Source of the DNA: an uncultured Polynucleobacter sp.
GTDB taxonomy: Bacteria > Bdellovibrionota_B > Oligoflexia > Oligoflexales > RGVZ01
Direction: 5' to 3'
Assembly: GCA_964402975.1 (NCBI GenBank)
Contig: CAYOEM010000002.1
Span: 156,729 to 220,728, forward strand
Length of the DNA stretch: 64,000 nt
Under the pieces are notes generated by a model. That model was not told the DNA's origin and searched no databases. It saw only the letters and a list, made by a program, of their open reading frames with translations. The position numbers and the translations under genes were made by a program. Positions 8,290 through 16,887 of the stretch are shown here, piece by piece. Positions within the stretch are counted from its first letter, which is position 1; every line of letters begins with the position of its first letter.

Positions 8290-9126
8290 TCACTTGGCAG
8301 TCGTTAAACGACCAATCATGTGAGGCTTTACGCCGTTTTTCTCCAGAACACGCATCTGCATGACTCCGTCCTCCTCCCACCAGCGGTACCGAACGGTCGA
8401 AGGTAAAAAGACCGGAAGCTTAAACTCCGATTCAAAAGTTATATTATCTGCCATCATTTGAACGGGGTGCATGGCACAAGAGCGGCCAACGATCCACATA
8501 CCGTGAAGCATCATGCCCTTAAATCCAAGTAGTTTTGCCGTGATGGTACTCAAGTGAATGGGATTGATATCGCCCGATAGCCTTGCATATTGGCGTGCCA
8601 TACCTGGAAGCACGTCCCACGAATCTTCATGGGCGCCGACATGATTATGAACCGGGTTGGGGGCCCTGGCACCATCGCGCTTTCGCACCGAACTTCGTCG
8701 ATACATGGTCAGGTTCGTCGTCGAGATGACCTCATCGTTGACGATCGCCTCGGTTATCATGTCAAACTCGACGCCACGATCGACATCACGGTGACCCTCG
8801 ATCCAGCAGCGGTAGGCGACGGGCTCATCGAGCTTTATGGCGCGCTTTTGCGAGATTCGGGTGCGCAGGTGAACGGTTCCCATCGCTTGAAAGGGGAACT
8901 TAGGGTCTGACAGGTGACGTAAGTGGGTCATAAAGGTGGCCACCGCAGGGAAAACCGGGGGAAGAACACCATAATCCTGCTGTTTCCAGCAGGCACGAAG
9001 ACCATGATACAGGCTCCGGCTCGAAGGTTTAGCCTTATGGGTGGTCTCAATGCGGGCAATCGTCTCACCCTCTTTGAGGCCGGGTTTCGCCTTCATGGCG
9101 CGAACATAAGTCATGATAGAAAACAT
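8290..9126 (-). CDS. MaoC-like (R)-specific enoyl hydratase/dehydratase, double hot-dog
   Basis: 278 aa with the hydratase-2 motif region SGDINPIHLS...GFKGMMLHGMW. It lies immediately upstream of, and co-oriented with, the FabG4-like reductase (25-nt gap). Confidence 0.8.
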   Translation of the reverse strand: MFSIMTYVRAMKAKPGLKEGETIARIETTHKAKPSSRSLYHGLRACWKQQDYGVLPPVFPAVATFMTHLRHLSDPKFPFQAMGTVHLRTRISQKRAIKLDEPVAYRCWIEGHRDVDRGVEFDMITEAIVNDEVISTTNLTMYRRSSVRKRDGARAPNPVHNHVGAHEDSWDVLPGMARQYARLSGDINPIHLSTITAKLLGFKGMMLHGMWIVGRSCAMHPVQMMADNITFESEFKLPVFLPSTVRYRWWEEDGVMQMRVLEKNGVKPHMIGRLTTAK

Positions 9127-9276
9127 TATGGAAATCCTTGTCTTTTTTTGGCCGAGAACAGGTGGAAATTCTACTTAATTTCGTCTATCCTCGCCCCTCC
9201 AAAAATTGATTGTTTTTTGCGCACAAGGCTCGCACCCCAAAGACCCCTCATTATATAGATAAGGAAACCTTTAAAA

Positions 9277-11169
9277 GTGGCCATCCAAATAGCAGAACAC
9301 TTGAGAAATATTTGCATTATTGCCCACGTTGACCACGGTAAAACGACGCTCGTGGATCATCTTTTGCGCCAAGGCGGAACATTTAGGGACAACCAAGAGG
9401 TCGCAGAGCGGGTCATGGACTCCATGGACCTGGAGCGGGAACGCGGGATCACCATCATGGCCAAGAACACGGCCGTTAAGTATGGCGACAAGAAAATCAA
9501 TATCGTCGACACCCCAGGTCACGCCGACTTTGGTGGCGAGGTGGAACGGATCATGGGGATGGTCAATGGAGCCATTCTTCTTGTAGATGGCGCGGAAGGT
9601 CCACTACCACAAACGCGTTTCGTTCTCCAAAAAGCGCTGCAGCAGAACCTTCGTATTATCCTCGTTATCAACAAAGTCGATCGCCCCGAGTGTGAAGGTG
9701 GCGAGCGTATCAAGGAAGTCCTCAACCAAACGTTTGATTTGTTTGTCGATCTTGGAGCAAGTGACGAACAGGCGGACTTTCCCATTATTTACGCCTGTGC
9801 CCGTCAAGGTTGGTGCACGACCGAGATGGATGAGATCCCCTCGCTTATCAGCGGTGAACGCAAAGGGTCGCTCAAGCCTATGTTTGACACGATCTTGAAG
9901 ACGGTGGAGCCTCCGAAGGTCGACCTGGAAGCGCCGTTCCGGATGCTGGTTTCAAACCTTAGTTACAATGATTTCGTGGGTCAACTGGGTATCGGACGAG
10001 TGTTCTCCGGTACCATTCGCCGCAATCAACCCACCGTGCGGCGCGGAGTGAACGAGGCCGACCAGCCATTTGATGAAAACTTCGTAGCCACCAAGATTTA
10101 TACCTATGACGGATTAAAACAGGTCGAGGTCGATGAGCTACAAGCAGGTGACATCGGTCTTGTTGCGGGATGCCCCAACTATCAAATTGGTGACACCCTC
10201 ACGTCGAATAAGGACGTACCCATCATTCCGCGTGTGGCAGTCGAGTCACCAACGCTAGCCATGATTTTCTCTATTAACACGTCACCACTGTCGGGCCAGG
10301 AAGGGGACGCTATCCAGTCCCGTAAACTCCGTGACCGGCTTATTAAGGAAACGCGAGTGAACGTGGCGCTCAAGTTTGAAGAAACCGATCAGCCCGATCA
10401 GTTCCGCGTCCTTGGGCGCGGTGAGCTTCAATTTGCAGTTCTCATCGAACAAATGCGACGAGAAGGCAGTGAATTCATGGTCGCTCGTCCTGCTGTTTTG
10501 TACAAAACCGACGCCAACGGTAATCGCCTAGAGCCGATCGAGTTGGCAGTGCTTGATCTTCCTGAAACCTACGCATCCGATGTGACAAGGCTATTCCAGG
10601 AACGCCGAGGCATCTTACAAAAATACGAAAACCAATCCGTCGCATCGACTGGTGGTGTTTCTCGTGTGCGTCTTGAAATCGAGGTTCCAACCCGTGGGCT
10701 CCTTGGTATGCGTAGTAAGTACTTAACGGCCACGCGAGGCGAGGGTCTATTTAGCTCACAATTACTTGGCTACAAAGAACATCGTGGCGACATCATCCAC
10801 CGTATCAACGGCGCCTTGATCTCAGACCGCGACGGTGAAACCGTTGAGTACGCACTCTTCAGCGTCGAAGAACGTGGCACCCTGTTTGTTGGTCCTGGTG
10901 TGAAAGTATACGAAGGCATGCTTATTGGTGAACATGCGAAGGAAAACGACCTCAACGTGAACTGCTGCAGGGAAAAGAAACTCACTAACGTACGAGCCTC
11001 TGGAGCTGAAATCCTGGTGACATTGCGCACATTGCGCAAAATGAGTCTTGAGCAATACATCGAATGGATCGAAGATGATGAATGGATTGAAGTAACTCCG
11101 GAAAATATTCGAATCAGGAAAAAAATCCTCAAGCAAAACATGCGCTCTGTAAAACGTGAGAGGGACTAG
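9277..11169 (+). CDS. typA: Translational GTPase TypA/BipA
   Basis: Motifs IIAHVDHGKTTLVD (G1), DTPGHADFGGEVER (G2/G3) and NKVDR (G4) are present. The 630-aa length and C-terminal ...LRKMSLEQ...ENIRIRKK are typical of BipA. GTG start. Confidence 0.95.
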   Translation: MAIQIAEHLRNICIIAHVDHGKTTLVDHLLRQGGTFRDNQEVAERVMDSMDLERERGITIMAKNTAVKYGDKKINIVDTPGHADFGGEVERIMGMVNGAILLVDGAEGPLPQTRFVLQKALQQNLRIILVINKVDRPECEGGERIKEVLNQTFDLFVDLGASDEQADFPIIYACARQGWCTTEMDEIPSLISGERKGSLKPMFDTILKTVEPPKVDLEAPFRMLVSNLSYNDFVGQLGIGRVFSGTIRRNQPTVRRGVNEADQPFDENFVATKIYTYDGLKQVEVDELQAGDIGLVAGCPNYQIGDTLTSNKDVPIIPRVAVESPTLAMIFSINTSPLSGQEGDAIQSRKLRDRLIKETRVNVALKFEETDQPDQFRVLGRGELQFAVLIEQMRREGSEFMVARPAVLYKTDANGNRLEPIELAVLDLPETYASDVTRLFQERRGILQKYENQSVASTGGVSRVRLEIEVPTRGLLGMRSKYLTATRGEGLFSSQLLGYKEHRGDIIHRINGALISDRDGETVEYALFSVEERGTLFVGPGVKVYEGMLIGEHAKENDLNVNCCREKKLTNVRASGAEILVTLRTLRKMSLEQYIEWIEDDEWIEVTPENIRIRKKILKQNMRSVKRERD

Positions 11170-11766
11170 ATGAATCCTGACAAAAGACCGGTCGTGATGC
11201 TCTGGGCGCTGGTGGCGTCGGCGGCATTCTTTGCTGGAGTCAGTTTCTACATAACCAAAAAAGACGCCCGCGATAAACGAATGGCCAGCATTCCCGTATA
11301 CGGCGAGGTCACCGGTAACTACGCCTTCACAGCCCAAGACGGCCAAGTGATTCAAACAAGTTCCATGCTTGGTCAAACCTGGCTTGTGAATTTCTTTTTC
11401 ACAAGTTGTCATGGCCCTTGCCCTCTGATGACATCGCAAATTGCGTCGGTTATGTCAAAGTTTCCAGAGCTCAAGGCGCTGTCTCTAACGACAGATCCTG
11501 AAACCGACACGGTTGATGTTTTGAAAGCCTACGCTCAAAAATTCAAAGCTGATTCCAACCGGTGGAGTATGGCCCGGGGCGACGAAAAAACTCTTCAAAA
11601 GTTTGGCCAGGACGTGCTTAAGCTTCCCGTCGGCGAAACCCCAGACGCCCACTCCGCCAGGGTGGTACTCATCGACAAAAAAGGCCAAATCCGTGGCTGG
11701 TACGACAGCCAAGAACCCGGCTTCGTCGAAAAACTAATTGGGGACACCCGACTGATTGAGTATTGA
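11170..11766 (+). CDS. SCO1/SenC family copper chaperone (thioredoxin fold)
   Basis: N-terminal TM anchor, FFFTSCHGPCPLM (CxxxC copper site) and HSARVVLIDKKGQIRGWY are present. The ATG directly abuts the typA stop (TAGATG). The last 8 codons and the stop lie inside the 30-bp REP copy. Confidence 0.85.
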   Translation: MNPDKRPVVMLWALVASAAFFAGVSFYITKKDARDKRMASIPVYGEVTGNYAFTAQDGQVIQTSSMLGQTWLVNFFFTSCHGPCPLMTSQIASVMSKFPELKALSLTTDPETDTVDVLKAYAQKFKADSNRWSMARGDEKTLQKFGQDVLKLPVGETPDAHSARVVLIDKKGQIRGWYDSQEPGFVEKLIGDTRLIEY

Positions 11767-11768
11767 TT
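11739..11768 (+). repeat. REP-like 30-mer, copy 1 (TGGGGACACCCGACTGATTGAGTATTGATT)
   Basis: Identical to the copy at 46253..46282 and to the reverse complement of 12537..12566. It lies 10 nt from the stop of the RAYT gene. Confidence 0.9.
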
Positions 11769-11777
11769 AAGCATCGT

Positions 11778-12458
11778 TTAGGGTGCTGATTCGTTGTTGG
11801 ATTTTCTTCCCGGTGTTTTTTTCTCCAAAACCAGCCCAGTCTCGCGCTCCATTTGCCGGATGAATTGGGCCGAGCCAAGTGGTCGCCCGGTTCTTGTTAA
11901 GTTTTGTAGCTTTCTATCAAAATCCAGCGACTGATTCTCGATACCTTCTCGCAAAAATGCTGACCAACTATCTGCTGGCGCAAAGATATCTGCAAATCCA
12001 CTTCGACCGTCAACACCCCCTTGGCAGGCCTGACTCGCGCTGCTCCAAGGATAGGATCTGGGGTCGTCAACTAACCCAGCTCTAACCGGATTAAGCTCGA
12101 TATACCTTGCGACAAGGGGTGCGCCGCTTGGTTCGACGGCACAAGAAAAAAACCGACCTTGCCAAAGATGACCTTGCCAGCTCTGACGATTATTTATGAA
12201 TCTCGTGTAACTTTGGTGAGCGTTGCCCACACTTTCTCGCAGGGAACTTTCAGATGGTGGGACCACCAACAAATGGACATGATTTGGCATCAAACAATAT
12301 GACAGCAACGACACGCCAAAAGCTTCCAAACTACTTTCCATAAATCTTAAATATGATTTGTAGTCTTCATCACAGAAGAATACTTGTTGTCGCCTATTGC
12401 CACGCTGTGTGACATGGTGCGGCAAACCTGGAATGACAATACGTGCTGAGCGCGGCAT
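11778..12458 (-). CDS. rayT: REP-associated tyrosine transposase (RAYT; IS200/IS605-like Y1 HUH transposase, COG1943)
   Basis: Motifs PGLPHHVTQRGN, YCLMPNHVHLLV (HUH motif H-V-H), GHLWQGRFFS, and ARYIELNPVRAGLV...YPWSS (catalytic Tyr region) are present. 226 aa. Confidence 0.85.
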   Translation of the reverse strand: MPRSARIVIPGLPHHVTQRGNRRQQVFFCDEDYKSYLRFMESSLEAFGVSLLSYCLMPNHVHLLVVPPSESSLRESVGNAHQSYTRFINNRQSWQGHLWQGRFFSCAVEPSGAPLVARYIELNPVRAGLVDDPRSYPWSSASQACQGGVDGRSGFADIFAPADSWSAFLREGIENQSLDFDRKLQNLTRTGRPLGSAQFIRQMERETGLVLEKKTPGRKSNNESAP

Positions 12459-12536
12459 GAGGCAGACGCTACGATGAATTTTATTTTAAGAAAATAAAAA
12501 ATTGACTCATTTTTTCAAATGTCTTCGGAGCTGTTC

Positions 12537-12566
12537 AATCAATACTCAATCAGTCGGGTGTCCCCA
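12537..12566 (-). repeat. REP-like 30-mer, copy 2 (inverted)
   Basis: AATCAATACTCAATCAGTCGGGTGTCCCCA is the exact reverse complement of copy 1. It is 78 nt upstream of the RAYT start and contains the stop and last 8 codons of the 270-aa membrane-protein gene. Confidence 0.9.
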
Positions 12567-13351
12567 TTTAGAGGCGTCCGTGCCTGGAGCATGCGAAGTA
12601 AGACGAAGCAGCCGAGGGCGGCTGCTAGGTGTTTGATAGCATGGCCACTGACGATACCGCCGGTCAGAATCCAGATCTGACGGTCGCGGTCTTCCGTGAT
12701 CTTTGCGACCACGTAGCAAACCAACGCTAAAACAATCATGTAGCCGTGAGAGAATTTCGGCGGACAGAACATCATCAAAAAAGGAATGGCGAGTAGGGGG
12801 AAGAACTGCACGAAAGCATACATACGAAGATCTCCCACTCCGTAGCTTTCTGTGACAATCCAGTAAACCGCACTAAATAAACCCATTAATGTTAAAGGCC
12901 ACACTAAAAGCACGTAGGCTCTTTCACTGACGCGCTCTCCGATAATAGCTGCAAAAAGCCCCATAAAACCGACAGTCATCGGCAAACGGTCCCAAAAGAG
13001 CCCAAAATTATCTGGATACCAATGATAATAACCAGATCCAAATGCGGTCAGAAAAACTCCGGTAAAAAACAGCATCCACCCAAGACTTTGCGGAAATCCT
13101 TTGACATCCGTTTGGCCACGTTTAATGAGCAAACGCAGCCCCATCAAACCGACAATCGCAAATGGAACATTCGACAGAACGTTTTGCCAATTGGGAATCA
13201 ATCCGAGGCTAGTCTCATCAGCAAACAGGTGATAACTGGAGTCCTGAGGAATTGCATCCATTGACATCAATACAAATCCGGTAAGACACGCTAAGCCCCC
13301 AAGTAGCCCGAGTCTTTGATGCTCACTGCGCAATTTCCATGAACTGTTCAA
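12539..13351 (-). CDS. Polytopic membrane protein, ceramidase-like (alkaline ceramidase/PAQR-like 7-TM)
   Basis: TTG start with AAGGAG 6 nt upstream. There are about 7-8 TM segments. Motifs SYHLFADE...LIPNWQNVLSNVPF, GSGYYHWYPD, WDRLPM and SGHAIKH (H-x3-H) resemble bacterial ceramidase-domain proteins. Assignment is from memory of the family motifs only. Confidence 0.5.
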   Translation of the reverse strand: MNSSWKLRSEHQRLGLLGGLACLTGFVLMSMDAIPQDSSYHLFADETSLGLIPNWQNVLSNVPFAIVGLMGLRLLIKRGQTDVKGFPQSLGWMLFFTGVFLTAFGSGYYHWYPDNFGLFWDRLPMTVGFMGLFAAIIGERVSERAYVLLVWPLTLMGLFSAVYWIVTESYGVGDLRMYAFVQFFPLLAIPFLMMFCPPKFSHGYMIVLALVCYVVAKITEDRDRQIWILTGGIVSGHAIKHLAAALGCFVLLRMLQARTPLNGDTRLIEY

Positions 13352-13529
13352 AAGATGCTCCTTACTGTTGATTTCGACGACCGAAATTAATCAATAATAT
13401 CATAAATTTACATAGACAATAGAGCGCCCACAAAAATGACCAGAACACCCAACCACCGACCAAGGTTTTACAGGCCTTATATGCTACAATAACGAATCAT
13501 ATTTTTAGATCAAATTATGAGGTGTTACC

Positions 13530-15152
13530 TTGTCCGCTACGTCAAACAAACGCTGGGGCTTAATCGTTGGGGGAGCAGCTGTTGTTGCTTTGGGTGTGTT
13601 CGCTTACATAAAATTCGCGACCGGACCTCAAGAGAAAGAATTTAGCCTGATCAAACCATGGTTTGAACCACAGGGATCGGGCGAGGTTTTGAGTGAAGGA
13701 TTTTTCTGGGTTCATCGCCAGTGCCATGAAAACTTGGTGGACACCGACCCGGAAGGACCCATGACAAAACGTAGCGCCACGGACGTTAACCGTACAGGCG
13801 CGAGAACCTGGAAATTTCGCCTCTCTCCGACAGCCAAATGGAGTGACGACGGAAAACCTGTGACGGCTGATGACTTTGTGAATGCCTTTACTGCTCGCGC
13901 CGGTAAGATCAAGGCGCCGCAATTTTTGCGTATCAAAAAAATCTCCGCGGAAAAATCCACTGCCAGTGACATCGTAAATAACGATCTCTTAGTGGTAGAG
14001 CTTAATGGCGCGGAAGACCAAGGCCTCGATATGGCAACTCTCGGTTCTGTCTGGTTGACGCCACTTAAACTAAAGAAAGACGCCGAATGGTCATGGGACA
14101 AGGAATTATCTGGCCCCTGCGATGGTCCATTTGTCCCGCGTCAGAAAAATGGCGAAATCGTTCTGACACGAAATCAACACTGGCGTGAGTTCAAACCAGA
14201 GTACATTTCAGTCGTTAAAGTTAAATTGGACAATAGCTCGTCGTCTAAGTCTGATAAGCAGCTGGAGTTGTTCCGCAAGGGCACACTGTCGTTTGTTGGT
14301 CCGGGATCAAGTGAATCAAGTTCTGATGTTAAGCGCACCGTCTACGGCAGAGCCTTTGTTGAGCCAAAAGCACAATACATTTTGATCAATCCCCGAGGAA
14401 CTCTGGGCTCCGGCACGCTAGCCGCACTTCCGCATTTTGCTATTAACCGTGGTGAACTCATAGGGATGTCTGGCGGCATAGAAAAACTTTTCGCCATGTT
14501 TAGAGTGTTGCCCCTTTCGCTTCTAAACCGTGATAGCGCGGGGCAACCTGTTCGTCTGCCCCCCATTAATTTGGAGTCTGTTATTGACGCTAGGCATGCG
14601 ATGGGCGTCAAAGACGATACCTTGCCCATCGATAAGATCGTGCCACCGTTTAAGAAAGAGCTCAAAATCCTCGCCAACGACGACGCCCGCATGGGACCCA
14701 TAGTCGAGCGCTTTGCAGGAAGGCTAAAAGCCAATTACAACATCAACTCCCTGATTGAAAACTACCAAACCATCGATAAGCTTCCTGCCAACTGGGATTT
14801 GTTGTTTATCTCAGTCAGCACCGCCGACGGAGTTTACGGATGGGCGAGGGATCTTTCCCATGCGATCTCCAAGGCGATTCCATCACGGTCTGATCTTGCG
14901 GCTAAAATCGCTTCTATTGCCAAAGATAAAACCGAAACGAGAATTTCTCCAAAAGCCGTAACTACCGCACTTGAAATTGATGCACTGGCTCCTTCCAAGA
15001 CCGTGATTGTACCTATCGGACAGTTTGGCTATGAAATTTTAATCGAAGATGGCGTCATCGACGTAGCCTTATCGGGAGAGGGAAGGCTAGACCCAGACGT
15101 CAGCCGCGCCCGCCGCCTAGTCATCACGAAGCCTCAGGATAAAAAATTATGA
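13530..15152 (+). CDS. Membrane-anchored solute-binding-protein family 5 (OppA/DppA-like) protein
   Basis: TTG start with a GAGGTG RBS and an N-terminal anchor WGLIVGGAAVVALGVFAYIKF. WKFRLSPTAKWSDDGKPVTADDFVNAF matches the SBP_bac_5 signature region. No ABC permease or ATPase is adjacent. Confidence 0.5.
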   Translation: MSATSNKRWGLIVGGAAVVALGVFAYIKFATGPQEKEFSLIKPWFEPQGSGEVLSEGFFWVHRQCHENLVDTDPEGPMTKRSATDVNRTGARTWKFRLSPTAKWSDDGKPVTADDFVNAFTARAGKIKAPQFLRIKKISAEKSTASDIVNNDLLVVELNGAEDQGLDMATLGSVWLTPLKLKKDAEWSWDKELSGPCDGPFVPRQKNGEIVLTRNQHWREFKPEYISVVKVKLDNSSSSKSDKQLELFRKGTLSFVGPGSSESSSDVKRTVYGRAFVEPKAQYILINPRGTLGSGTLAALPHFAINRGELIGMSGGIEKLFAMFRVLPLSLLNRDSAGQPVRLPPINLESVIDARHAMGVKDDTLPIDKIVPPFKKELKILANDDARMGPIVERFAGRLKANYNINSLIENYQTIDKLPANWDLLFISVSTADGVYGWARDLSHAISKAIPSRSDLAAKIASIAKDKTETRISPKAVTTALEIDALAPSKTVIVPIGQFGYEILIEDGVIDVALSGEGRLDPDVSRARRLVITKPQDKKL

Positions 15153-15964
15153 TTCGCAGAATTGATCGAGCACGATACCCCTACAAGCTCTTAGGCCTAA
15201 TCGCCATTAGCCTCACATCATGTACAAGCCCGAGCTGGCAGGATACTCCGGTCAAAATCACCCCCAATAAGCCCTTGACTGTTACCCTAGATCAAGAAAT
15301 CGAGTGGTCATTTGACGCCACCAGAGGTTCCCGCAAGCTTCGCATCATTGATGTCTCCTATAACAATCTCCCTCTAGGTGTCCTGAAGTCAAAAGCTGGC
15401 GACAGCTTTGTGCTCAAAGGGAAGCCCGTGTCACGGGAAGTTCGCGATGGATTGATCGAGGTCACCGCTTTTGATGAAAAAGCCTGTGACGAAGGCTACG
15501 AGCAACTAAAAAAACTCACCGAAGAGGACATCAAGGCGACGGGTAACACCAACATCGCCATCCCAGTCTCACCCTGTCAGCTCAAGGGAGGATCGGACTT
15601 TTCGAATGCGATCACCTATATGGCGAAAGCACAATTTGCGTGGAAGTTTGTGGACGGCCCCGATGCAATTGCTCCAGAAAAATTCCGAGACTTCGTGGCT
15701 GAAAATATTTTCAAAACTCCACGCACCCTACCTGACGGCATGCTCGCGATCCCAAGTCACGAATCGCCGCACACCGTTGATGTTGTATTAGGAGCCTGTG
15801 CTGCGCTACCTCGAAAACAATGCGGCAAAGACCCTGATTGCCTGTGGGGACCGATATCCTGTATGTCTAGGAACACTACCGGTCGCAAAGCATCCGCCAA
15901 AGGGATCACCGATGGTACGGAAGCCGGCGTGATGACCATTCCTCCAGGAGGAATCAAGCGATGA
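15149..15964 (+). CDS. Hypothetical lipoprotein
   Basis: ATGA start/stop overlap with the upstream gene. LGLIAISLTSCTSPS is a lipobox. Several Cys residues occur in the C-terminal part. Confidence 0.65.
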   Translation: MIRRIDRARYPYKLLGLIAISLTSCTSPSWQDTPVKITPNKPLTVTLDQEIEWSFDATRGSRKLRIIDVSYNNLPLGVLKSKAGDSFVLKGKPVSREVRDGLIEVTAFDEKACDEGYEQLKKLTEEDIKATGNTNIAIPVSPCQLKGGSDFSNAITYMAKAQFAWKFVDGPDAIAPEKFRDFVAENIFKTPRTLPDGMLAIPSHESPHTVDVVLGACAALPRKQCGKDPDCLWGPISCMSRNTTGRKASAKGITDGTEAGVMTIPPGGIKR

Positions 15965-16887
15965 AAGTGGCGCCTAACGTTAAAACCTACGGACTACTCG
16001 TTATTTGGGTAATTGTAGCCTCGGCTGTGGGCATCTATCTGACGAAGATTTTTATGAAACCAAAAAATCAAGAGTTCTTTGCCCCCCTAGCGGAAGTTCG
16101 ACAGTGTGGACCCACAGCCATCACCACGCCCGAGGAAAATAAAGCCCTCACACAATGGGTCTATCATAGCGATAAACTCCCAGCTGAAGCGAAATCTGCC
16201 CTGGTCAGAAATATTAAAGCTCTGCCTGCCGGAGCACTGAAGGCCTTGGAGCAACGAAACCTCAAATTTGCCCTCGACCGCGGTGAATCCCCCTACACGT
16301 GTTCGGTCTACGATAAGCCAGTGGACAGATCCAGAGCTCCAGCAAAGCTACTTCGGTCTGCAGAAAATTGCTTAAGAACCACGGGCAAAGGTAGCACTGC
16401 CCTGGTACTAGGACCGCCGAAGCTGGAGCTGCCTGACGGTAAACTGCGAGGACTTTCTGAAAAAGACCTTATCGATGAAGTGACACTACCAACGGTCTTT
16501 TGGGCTCTCCTTGAGGGACTTTATGAGACTTCTGATGTAACAAGCCAAGACAAGCCCTCAATATCGAATATCACTAGTCGCATTAAACGCTACGTGGTGG
16601 ACGGCTATAAGTTTGACCCCGATGAAAAAACTTATTACCTACGAACCTTTGGCGCTGCTGGGACTGAAACCCCGAGCTTTGCCACAAGAACTTTAGTGCT
16701 CACTGCCAGCACTCTTTATTGCTCCCAAGAATCTTACACACAGCTCCAGAAATACCAGCCAGAGGCTACAAAAAGATTTATGAGTATCTACGGCTGCGCA
16801 CTAGGAAAACCTTGGCATATGGCATCAGCTGATTTCTCGGGGATTTGTCCCAGCGTAGCCAAGACCTCTTCTGGAGGGGAGAAGTGA
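15961..16887 (+). CDS. Hypothetical membrane-anchored protein
   Basis: ATGA overlap with the upstream gene. It has a single N-terminal TM (YGLLVIWVIVASAVGIYLTKIF) and a soluble domain with 6 Cys. No family recognised. Confidence 0.6.
   Translation: MKVAPNVKTYGLLVIWVIVASAVGIYLTKIFMKPKNQEFFAPLAEVRQCGPTAITTPEENKALTQWVYHSDKLPAEAKSALVRNIKALPAGALKALEQRNLKFALDRGESPYTCSVYDKPVDRSRAPAKLLRSAENCLRTTGKGSTALVLGPPKLELPDGKLRGLSEKDLIDEVTLPTVFWALLEGLYETSDVTSQDKPSISNITSRIKRYVVDGYKFDPDEKTYYLRTFGAAGTETPSFATRTLVLTASTLYCSQESYTQLQKYQPEATKRFMSIYGCALGKPWHMASADFSGICPSVAKTSSGGEK

Larger units (their letters stand above)
11739..12566 (-). mobile_element. RAYT gene bracketed by inverted REP copies (828-bp unit)
   Basis: Perfect 30-bp inverted repeats sit at both ends of a Y1 HUH transposase-like gene. 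This is the canonical arrangement described for REP-associated tyrosine transposases. Confidence 0.75.

Noticed and set aside
10822-11439. A 205-aa minus-strand ORF spanning the typA/SCO junction (also 10770..11141).
   Set aside because: It is antisense to two strongly supported genes and has no recognisable motifs.
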